A DNA stretch of 57,973 nucleotides from a virus (taxonomy: Duplodnaviria; Caudoviricetes), in IMG/VR virus record IMGVR_UViG_3300032086_002841, positions 1-57,973 of that record. The stretch is one strand, 5' to 3'. Of the stretch, positions 17,213-26,700 are shown piece after piece. The position numbers and the translations under genes are program-made. The notes under the pieces are model-generated. The model was not told the DNA's origin. It searched no databases and saw only the letters and a program-made list of their open reading frames with translations. How positions within the stretch are numbered: the first letter of the stretch is position 1; each line of letters opens with the position of its first letter.

Positions 17213-18547
17213 TTAAGCCCCCGGATCCGTGTCTGTTGCTGCGATATTGTATACTGTCACAACAGATCCTGCTGTAGCAGTTCCAGATCCACCTGTTCCT
17301 GCCGCTGCTGCCAATGTTAAACCACTTGGCAATGGTTTTGTTCCTGTAATTAAAATTAATGCGCCACCACCAGCATTAAAAGCTGTTGATGCAGTTCCTT
17401 TAGTTCCCCCTGCACCACCTGGGTGATAGTTTGTTGGGTTAGCAGCATAGTTAGTTGCGTTAGTATTTCCACCATAAGAATATCCATAAGAATATCCATA
17501 AGAATAGTTATTACCTGGATATGAATAATTATTACCAGGATGTGTATTTGTATTACCTGGATATGAATATTGATTACCAGGATGTGTGTGTGCATAATGG
17601 TAATGGTAAAAACCACCAGCAAAGTTGTTTATCGGTGGTCCTGGATGCCAATGGTAATGTGTATGAGATGAAGATGGATTAGATCCATAATTTGTTGGAT
17701 TTGATCCATAGTTAGTAGGATTAGATCCATAATTTGTTGGATTTGATCCATAGTTTGCACCTGAGTTTGATCCATAATTAGTAGGGTTTGTATTACCAGG
17801 ATAAGAATAATTATTTCCAGGTGTTTGTGCGTCTGGCGCTGGTGCGCCATCTGTTCCATCAGAACTAGCTGTTGAATCATCTGCGTCAGCTCTAATTGTT
17901 CCGTCACCTGAAATTGTTTTTGCTACAACTAAGACCACTCCACCACCTACTGCGCCTGTGCCTGCTGTCGCAGCATTACCATCTGCGCCTCGACCACCTC
18001 CTGCACCAACTGTTTGATAATTAGCCCAGTTAGTGTCAGATCCATCAGTTCCTGAGGTTGCATTTGCTGTAATTGTTCCTTCAGTTCCACCAGATCCACC
18101 ACTTAAAAATTTAAAAGAGCTTGTAGCTTGATCAAACTTTTGTCCTGCTAAAGCAACTGATAGATTAAAGAAATCAGATTCACCATCAAAAAAAGTATTA
18201 CCTGCGTGTTCTTCATCTGTTTGTTCTGAAGATCTACCACCTAGAGTGTCTGTAGCGTCTATACCTTTACCAAATCCACCTTTTAATGTTCCAGTATTTG
18301 TTTTGTTTGAATATCTACCAATTTTAGAAGTTGAGTCTGTAAATGTTAAAGTTCCTCTAACAAATACACGATAACCATTAGTATCTAATGTAACACCAGA
18401 GTTTATTGTAAGGTCGTTGTAATACATATCTCTAGCAAGAGTTGTATTAGATGCTAATGTGACATCACCATCTTGACCAAACCCATATATTTCATCACCA
18501 CCTAGTCTGTCCAAAAAAATTGGCTCAGGTATTTGTATTTCAGGCAT
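17213..18547 (-). CDS. Gly-rich virion/fibre protein with an Asn/Tyr/Pro/His repeat insertion
   Basis: IYGFGQDGDV, LARDMYYNDLTI and GYRVFVR; start at MPEIQ by TAATG coupling. Confidence 0.75.
   Translation of the reverse strand: MPEIQIPEPIFLDRLGGDEIYGFGQDGDVTLASNTTLARDMYYNDLTINSGVTLDTNGYRVFVRGTLTFTDSTSKIGRYSNKTNTGTLKGGFGKGIDATDTLGGRSSEQTDEEHAGNTFFDGESDFFNLSVALAGQKFDQATSSFKFLSGGSGGTEGTITANATSGTDGSDTNWANYQTVGAGGGRGADGNAATAGTGAVGGGVVLVVAKTISGDGTIRADADDSTASSDGTDGAPAPDAQTPGNNYSYPGNTNPTNYGSNSGANYGSNPTNYGSNPTNYGSNPTNYGSNPSSSHTHYHWHPGPPINNFAGGFYHYHYAHTHPGNQYSYPGNTNTHPGNNYSYPGNNYSYGYSYGYSYGGNTNATNYAANPTNYHPGGAGGTKGTASTAFNAGGGALILITGTKPLPSGLTLAAAAGTGGSGTATAGSVVTVYNIAATDTDPGA
17418..17821 (-). repeat. 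Coding tandem repeats: NYGSN(PT) x5 and PGN(N/Q)YSY x4 around a His-alternating segment
   Basis: 21-bp degenerate DNA repeats with synonymous variation. Confidence 0.85.
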
Positions 18548-18876
18548 TAGCTTACCTCTACACCAGAAACATGTATATTGACTGAAGTTGCTGCTGAACA
18601 TTTTGCAGCGACTGAAGCAGATGCCGGTATAACCATAGCCAAGTCAATGACTGAGGTTGTATTAGCCGAAACAGTAATATCGCCAAATACGATATGTTGA
18701 TCTCCTGTTGTGTCCCCTGAAGGAATAACTTTGATTTCTACTGTTCTGTCAGTTGCTGTATAGTTCGACAACATTATTTGCTTTATGATACATTTATTAG
18801 AATTGCTGAAAACTTGTGTTTCAGATGTTCCTAATGCTGTGACCTCTGCTAACTCTGCTGCATTATATACTGCCAT
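18547..18876 (-). CDS. Small virion structural protein (beta-rich)
   Basis: Paralog-like to 20404-20733; lies among fibre genes. Confidence 0.6.
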   Translation of the reverse strand: MAVYNAAELAEVTALGTSETQVFSNSNKCIIKQIMLSNYTATDRTVEIKVIPSGDTTGDQHIVFGDITVSANTTSVIDLAMVIPASASVAAKCSAATSVNIHVSGVEVS

Positions 18877-18884
18877 TTATTCTC

Positions 18885-19340
18885 CTATAATCCCATCCAG
18901 ACCAACGCCTCATTAGTAAAGAGTTGAACCGGATTAATTTTCTTCATTGTTGTATCTGAATTATCATATAAGATAACCAGATCATTATCTTCATCTACAT
19001 CTACAGATGTTCCATCTGCAAGTCTTGTAGCATCTAAAGCTATGTCAACTGCACCTGATGTTGCACCACCTGATATACCTGAAGTTGTACTTGTTGTCAC
19101 ACCTGTGACATCACCAATATCTAATTGTAACCAAGCACTTGAAGTTCTTACTTCTAAACGATCATCATCAGTATTGTATATAACCATACCTTCAGTAGCA
19201 GTAGTTATTGCATCTCTTTGCACTTCTGTATATGCAGGTATTAGTGGACCACCATCAACATGACCATCTTGAAATTCTTTTAGACCTGTACTATCAGATC
19301 CTGTCATAGCTACTCTAATTAGTTGTTGTCTATCAGCCAT
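18885..19340 (-). CDS. Tail-fibre-associated protein
   Basis: TEVQRDAI..ATEGMVIYNTD motif, which also occurs at the end of the 2313-aa fibre. Confidence 0.65.
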   Translation of the reverse strand: MADRQQLIRVAMTGSDSTGLKEFQDGHVDGGPLIPAYTEVQRDAITTATEGMVIYNTDDDRLEVRTSSAWLQLDIGDVTGVTTSTTSGISGGATSGAVDIALDATRLADGTSVDVDEDNDLVILYDNSDTTMKKINPVQLFTNEALVWMGL

Positions 19341-19342
19341 AA

Positions 19343-19531
19343 TTAATTACTTTCCTTAAATTTCTCTGAGTCGAGCTTTGCGTTTACTATTTCACTAAGC
19401 GTTTTCCCACCAACATTATTATATTCTAAACTTTCCTGATCTATGGCTTTTAACTCACCTAAAGTAAAAATAGTCCATACACTAGCCCAACCTAGACCAA
19501 AACCTGCTAAAAATGATATAAATACTTCCAT
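19343..19531 (-). CDS. Small membrane protein
   Basis: MEVFISFLAGFGLGWASVWTIF N-terminal TM helix. Confidence 0.55.
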   Translation of the reverse strand: MEVFISFLAGFGLGWASVWTIFTLGELKAIDQESLEYNNVGGKTLSEIVNAKLDSEKFKESN

Positions 19532-19605
19532 TAGTTTGCACCACATTCGCAATTTGAACAGCAACATTCATCTCCTTCTACTCCTGTATGAGGATCATTT
19601 GACAT
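19531..19605 (-). CDS. 24-aa Cys micropeptide MSNDPHTGVEGDECCCSNCECGAN
   Basis: Overlaps the upstream stop; TAATG coupling downstream; C-terminus matches 3290-3331. Confidence 0.55.
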   Translation of the reverse strand: MSNDPHTGVEGDECCCSNCECGAN

Positions 19606-20395
19606 ATATTCTTGCACCCCCTCTACTAGCTAACCAAGCCTTATGTGTTGTTGAATTGTAATTATCTCCGTGAAACATATATTCGCCAGAACCAGTAGTG
19701 CTTCCGTGTGCTGGTGTGGCATCTGTGCTTACATTGATCCATGGATCTTCTGCTTGGCTAGCGCTTCTAAACATAACATAATATCCTGTAGCACCACTAA
19801 TACTTGTAGCAAAATTTGAATCATTTGTTATTGCACCATTTTGTCCTAAGTCTATTCTGTCTAAACTAGCAGCAAACCAATCTCCAGAGTTTGTCACCCA
19901 CATAATCTTTGTCACACTACCTACTGTTCCATCTCCTGCTAGATCAAATTTAATATTTCTCCAATATGTACCACCATTCGTAGTAGGTATTGCACCAGAA
20001 GTATCAAATGTTCCAACAGAATAATCTAAAGGTCTGCTATTTGCGTCATCATACCAACTTACAGTAGTGTTCCATTGTCCAAAAGAAGTTGTACCACTAT
20101 GCGCTGCTGCAAACATTTGCCACCCACCACCATTTGTTGTCATATCGCAATATGCTTGGAAAGTTGTTCCCTGTGAATCTTTTAGCCAATATGTTCCACT
20201 AGAACGAGTAGGATCAAGTGTCAATATTTCAGCAGCAGAATTAGCAGCTGCACTCTCTTGTGTTCCAATAGGAACAGCATAAAATCCTGATTCATTTAAC
20301 ATCATTTGCTCATTTGTTTCAAAACGAGCTGAAGCTGTAGCTGTGCTACTTAAATATCCTGTAGGAAATTTACCTAAAAATCCACCTCTACTCAT
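19595..20395 (-). CDS. Fibrinogen-like (lectin-type) domain protein
   Basis: SGTYWLK...FQAYCDMTTNGGGW motif; start at MSRGG with AGGA SD. Confidence 0.75.
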   Translation of the reverse strand: MSRGGFLGKFPTGYLSSTATASARFETNEQMMLNESGFYAVPIGTQESAAANSAAEILTLDPTRSSGTYWLKDSQGTTFQAYCDMTTNGGGWQMFAAAHSGTTSFGQWNTTVSWYDDANSRPLDYSVGTFDTSGAIPTTNGGTYWRNIKFDLAGDGTVGSVTKIMWVTNSGDWFAASLDRIDLGQNGAITNDSNFATSISGATGYYVMFRSASQAEDPWINVSTDATPAHGSTTGSGEYMFHGDNYNSTTHKAWLASRGGARIYVK

Positions 20396-20403
20396 ATTTA
20401 TCC

Positions 20404-20733
20404 TTATGTAATCTCGACTACTGAAACAACTATTTCTGCATCTGAAGCTGCACCTGCCCAAGCTCTAATTTGATCGCCAGCTTCTAAAACGAGCTTGCCA
20501 CCGATAGGATTAAAACTTGAATCAGCAGGAACAGATATTGTATGAGCTAATGCTTTAGCAGTTGTTGTAGAACTATCGTAATAATCTACATAAACATTTA
20601 CAGCATTTGCGCCATCAACATTTGCTATTTGACATAGTAAAACAACAGCAGTTGTGCTTGCTGGACATTGATAAATCGATGTATCAGCAGTTGTTCCTAA
20701 ATCAGCATTGACAGACTTATAACTTTCAGCCAT
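20404..20733 (-). CDS. Small virion structural protein
   Basis: IYQCPASTTAVV, ANVDG and KLVLEAGDQI pattern, common in aquatic phage tail regions. Confidence 0.65.
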   Translation of the reverse strand: MAESYKSVNADLGTTADTSIYQCPASTTAVVLLCQIANVDGANAVNVYVDYYDSSTTTAKALAHTISVPADSSFNPIGGKLVLEAGDQIRAWAGAASDAEIVVSVVEIT

Positions 20734-20734
20734 A

Positions 20735-23700
20735 TTAATCTCCTAATATAAAGTAGTTTGCTAGACCTGAACTACCACCACCAACTTCGATCCAGCTACT
20801 ACCATCATATACATTTACTTTCGAGGTAGTGGTATTAAATATTTGTTCCCCACCTGTCATACCTGTAAGAGCATCTCTTTGAGTTGTTGTGAGGTTAGGT
20901 AATTTGACAGGTACAGAGAAATCAGCAGCAGTAGCATCTATTTTTAATCTTTCGCTACCTGCTGTGTGCATTTCTATTTCATCATTATCAGAATTAGAAC
21001 TTTCTACTCTAACAAATGTATCTGTATCGCCATCTCTAAATGTTGTCGCAGAGTTTGAAGTTCCTGTAATGTTAATTGGATCAACAGTTCCATCTGCAAG
21101 TGTTAGATCAAGGTCTGTTGCTGATGTTCCAACATTTGTAAACTGTATAGGATCAGAACTACCATCAGCTAAAGTAAGTGGCATTTCATCATTTACACTA
21201 AATGTTGCACTAGCAGCAAAGTTTGATTTCTGTACTTTTTTCAAAGCACCTGCACTACCATCGTAAACTACTATTAAGTCTGTTTCAGCAGGAGATGTAT
21301 CTTCTGTTAAAGTTGTAATTGCACCTGTGGTAATACCTGTAGCATTACCCTCAAATGTTCCTGCAACAAAAGTTTCAGATCCAACTGTCCACTTGTCTAT
21401 TGATTCGTCCCAAATTAAAGTTTTGTTAGCATCGTCACCTCTCTCAATTTCAATACCACCATTTTCTGAAGCAGAACCGGTTGCATTAGAATTGAGAACA
21501 ATTTGATTATCAGCTAAGTTTATTGTTTCTGTATTGACAGTAGTGGTAGTCCCTGAAACAGTTAAGTTTCCACTTACAGTCAAGTCATTAAAAGTCACAT
21601 CAGAAGTTGTAGCTACTGCCTGGCCGATACTTATAGCACCTGAAGATATTGATACTCCTGTACCACCTGTTACATAACTATCTATCTTTGTTTGGACTCT
21701 TGAATCTGTATAGTAGAGATTTGTTGTTCCTTCACTAAGGTCATCTGTATCTTTTGCAGCAAGTCTTGTATCAAAAGCTGTATTGACTCTAGCATCTGTG
21801 TAGTAAAGATTTGTAGATCCCTCTCCTATATCATCTGTATCAGCAGTAAAGTTAACGAATGCAGAGCCGTTGTATTTTATTAATTGACCATTAGATGGAG
21901 AAGTTATAGTTGTGTCTGTTAAACCACTTAATGTAGCTGTGACATCTCCAGGTTCAAACCTTGAGTTAGATGAACTATAAACTAGTGCTTGTCCATCTGA
22001 AACAGAAGTAGTAATTACATCGCTTAAATCTGCAATAGATACTGTACCAAAGTCAATATCTATTTCATCATTAGCTGTGTCGTTTGTAACAGTAATCTTT
22101 GCTGATCCTGCATTGATGCCTCTAAATTCAAGATCTTCTCCTGTTTTTTGTTTGAATACTCCGATACCAGCAACATTGGCGTTAGAAGCTGTGTTTACTT
22201 CACCAGATCCAGACAATCCTGCGAGTGATGAAAGAACAAAACCACCAGAAGTATCGCTATAAGATATAACTTTTGCGTCATCGCTTGATGTTGGATCGCT
22301 AAATAATACATCGTTTAAATCGTTTATATCGGCAGCAGCAATTCTTGCGTCTGCTCTAGCGTTAGTAAAGTAAAGGTTAGTTCCACCTTCAGCAAGACTA
22401 TCTGTAAAGCTAGGTATATCAGCTGTATATGCAACTGTTCCAGACTCGTTCTTAAATGTGACAGTTCTGTCAGCAGTTGGATTAGCAACTGTTAATTTTG
22501 TTTCAAAACCATTTAAAGAACTACCTTCAAATTTAATAGTTCTACCTGCGTGTAAGTGCATACCATCATCAGTAAACTCTGCAACATTAGATGAACTTGT
22601 AGTTATTACTAAAGCACCTTTGCTACCAAGAGCATCTATTCGACCAGATATAGTTGCATACTTAAAGTCACCACCATTACCTGAACCAGTTGAATTACCA
22701 TAAAAGTTTATTGTTCCTAATGTGTCGCCTGCACCACCAATGTCTGTTCCACCAGCAGCAGGACTATCGCTATCTGTATAAAAATCTAAATGTGGTCCAA
22801 AGTAAGTATTGCTACCACTAGCATATAATCTTGTTCCTGAACCAAAAATAGGTGTATCTGTATTAACCCAAGCTGAACCATTGTAAGCAAGTATTTCGTT
22901 TGTAGCTAAAGAACTTATTGTTGTATCACTTAAACCTGTAAGACTTGAAGTGACATCACCAGGTTCAAATTCACTATTGGTTGCGTTCCATACTAGAGCT
23001 TGACCACTTGTAGGTGCAGATGTTGTTATATCTACATCTGATAAATCACCGACACTTGCAGCTGATATTCTTGCATCAGCTCTTGTATTTGTGAAATATA
23101 AGTTTGTACTACCTTCTGTTAGGTTATCTGTATCTTTTGTTCCAAGTTGTGTATCAAATCTAGCATTTGTGTAATAAAGATTTGTAGAACCTTCGCTAAT
23201 ATCATCTGTATCGTGATTAGAAACATCGCTTACTGTTCCTGTGACATTACCTGTTAAGTTTCCTGTAAATGTAGAGTAGATACTTCCTGCGTCAAATCTT
23301 TCTGAGCCAACAGTCCATTTATTATCTGTTTCTTCCCAAATTAAAGTTACATTAGTATCACTACCACGCTCTATTTCTATTCCTGCATTTTCTGAGGCAC
23401 TACCTGTAGCGTTGCTGTTTAGAAGTATTATATTATCAGCAAGATTGATTGTTTCAGTATTTACTGTTGTAGTAGTACCACTAACAGTCAAATCTCCAGA
23501 TACAGTTAAATCATTGAAGGTAACATCAGAAGTAGTTCCTACTGCCTGTCCAATAGCAACTTCTCCAGAAGATATTGTTACACCAGTCCCTGCTGTTATA
23601 TGTGCTTGTACTTCTGAAGCACTTGGACCTGTATATGTAATTACTCCTGTGCTTGAGTTATAGGATAGTGATCCGTCACCACCACTATCTGTGACTGATA

Positions 23701-26700
23701 CTGAAGATCTAGCTCTTGCGTCTGTGTAGTATAAGTTAGAAGAACCTTCAGTTAAATCGTCTGTGTCACTCGCAGATAGTGATGTTCCTTGTACAGAAAC
23801 TACTGCATCTCCACCCATTCCTGAGTGTGCAGAACAATAATAATAAAGTGTGTCAGGCGTAGCTGCATTGACAATTATTTGAGTATAAGCGCCTGAAGAA
23901 CCTGGAGATCCGTTTGTTGTGACATTGGTTGTGTAAGAAGATCCTGAATTATGAGTACCATCTTTAGTTGTAGATAGTACTAATGGATGTCCTCCGTTAG
24001 AACCATCACTTTGATCAAATCTGTATGTTATTCCAGGTATTAATTGAATACTTGCAGCAGTTTCTCCATCTAAGTGATATTTATTACCACTTACATTCGC
24101 TACTGTAACTGCAAATTCAATGATTGGAGTGTTATCTTCAAAATTTATTGTTTTATTGGTTATTGTGTCTGTGCTAGTCGGAGTAAAATCTGCTGTCAAA
24201 GATCCTGAAGAATAAGTTAGTCCAGATCCAATTTCATTTTCACCAATTAACTCAACCCAATTACCTGCATGTGCATAGTAGGCTCTGCCTGTTGCGTGAA
24301 CATGAGCAAACATACCATGATAAGTTGATGCACTTGGTAAGTCACCTACATTTGAATATATGTTTGCAAATAGGACTTTTTGTCCATTCATATCTAGATC
24401 AGAAGTATTATCGAAAGCTATTGTGCCTGAGCTAAAGCTGATGTTTGTACCACCACTAAAACTTGATAGTGTAGTAAATGCTGATGTAGAATTATCGTAA
24501 TTAGCTAAATCATTATCTACTACAAAGTCAAAATTATTATTTGTGTCATCATAAGTTACAGTTATAAGAGTTTGTGTACCCATTGTTAGTGCAGTACCTA
24601 AAGCATCCTGCGCTCTTTCATTTGTAAAGTAAAGATTTGTAGAACCCTCAGACAAATCATCTGTATCATTATTTGATAGATTATCTTCAGTTGCTGCAAT
24701 AGTAAGTGTTCCTGCTGTGTCGTCATAAGTTAAAGTTATGTTTGATCCTGCTGTTAATAAAGCGTTTACTTGATCATCAACTCTTTCATTTGTGAAATAT
24801 AAATTAGTCGATCCTTCAGTTAAATCATCTGTTGTAGCAGCAGCAATCCTAGCGTCTGCTCTCGCATCTGTATAATATAAGTTTGTTCCTTCGGTTAAAT
24901 CACCAGTATCTTTTGTTCCTAATCTTGTATCAAATCTAGCGTCTGTATAATAAAGGTTTGTACCTTCTGATAGATCAGAGGTAGATTTACCTGTAAAAGC
25001 TGTGTCAAATCTTGCTGTAGTGTAATAAAGGTTAGTTCCTTCTGATAAATCTGAAGTACTGTGGTTAGCAATACTAGATACTGTACCTGTAACATCACCG
25101 GTTAAGTCACCTTCAATGTTTGCTAATAATGTACCTAATGCATAACCTGTTCCGGTTATGTCTACAGTTGTAGTAGGTTCACTTTGCAACCCATGAAACA
25201 ATCTAAACTTGTCAGATTGTGATGCGTCCCAAACTAAACCACCATATTTTGTTGTAGAAGATTGTACATACTTACCATAAAAACCAAAATCAGCAGAGTT
25301 TCCTGTGTTATTATCAGCATATCTAACTAGTGGATCATCAATAGTGACTGTAGTTGAATTAACTGTAGTAGTAGTTCCACTAACTGTTAAATCTCCTGTA
25401 ATAGTTGCATCACCATCAATGCTTATTGCACTAGAAGTTATGTCGTCAGATGTTAAAGTTCCGTCTACTTGAACATTATTAAATTGAACATTGTCAGTAG
25501 TTCCTACTGCTTGCCCAATACTAAATTCACCTGAAGAGTAAGAAATTCCTGTGCCTGCTGATAAATGTGCTTGAACTTCACTTGCGCTAGGTCCTGTATA
25601 AGTTATAACACCTGTTGATGAGTTATAAGCTAGTGATCCATCTCCACCTGAGTCTGTGACTGAAACAGATGCTCTTGCTCTACTATCTGTGTAATAAAGA
25701 TTACTTGAACCTTCTGTTAAATTGTCAGTTGTTTTTGTTGCTAATCTTGTATCAAACCTTGTATCGGTATAGTAAAGGTTCGTTCCTTCTGATAAATCAC
25801 TTGTACTAAATCCTGATAGAGATACAGTTGCGTCTATTGCACCATCATTTGCGTCATCGTATGTAAAAGATATTCCTGTATGACTACCATTAGTAACTAA
25901 TTGATCTCCAACAACATCTTGTACTCTTTCTGTTGTATGGTAAAGATTTGTACCTTCTGCTAAATCTGTAGTTGTATTATTTGATAAATCATCTTCAGTA
26001 GCAGCGATAGTAAGAGTTCCACTTGTGTCATCATAAGTCAAGGTTATGTTAGAACCTGCTGTTAATAAGTTTGCAACTCTATCATCAACTCTTTCGTCAG
26101 TAAAGTAAAGATTTGTTCCTTCGCTTAAATCACTTGTAGATTTACCTGAGAAAGCAGAATCAAACCTTGCAGTTGTATAGAAAAGATTAGAACCTTCTGT
26201 TATATCCCCTGTATCAAATTCTGAAAAATCTAGAGCTAATGTTAAAGTGTTAGCAGTATCATCATAGGTAGAGGAAAGACCTGTACCACCTACGACTAAT
26301 CCATTTACTATATCTTCAAGGGAATCTTCAACTTCAGTTAAATCAACAGATAAAGTTAATTGATTGTTTGTATCATCGTATGATATATCGATACCACTTG
26401 TTGTGGAATCAATAAGCAAAGCACCTACTCTGTCATCTACTCTTTCATTTGTGAAGTATAAGTTAGTGCTACCCTCTGATAAATTATCAGTATCTTTTGT
26501 AGCTAGTCGAGTATCAAAAGCACTATTAACCCTTGCATCTGTGTAATAAAGGTTAGTACTGCCTTCTGATAGGTCGTCTGTATCGAATGATGACATTGTG
26601 ACAGCTACAGTAGGTGTTTGTGCCTCACCTGAAGTAGCGCTTACAGATATACCTGTTCCTGCAACTAAATTTTGTACAAAGTCACCAACTGTATCAGTTG

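Noticed and set aside
17418-17821. CRISPR array or DGR template/variable repeats
   Set aside because: The repeats are in-frame coding units with synonymous variation and no unique spacers; no cas or reverse transcriptase gene was seen.
17356-17907. Alternative-frame repeat ORFs (MDQIQQI/MDLILLT and IIIHIQV)
   Set aside because: Frame-shifted by-products of the tandem repeats; variation is synonymous in the NYGSNPT frame only.
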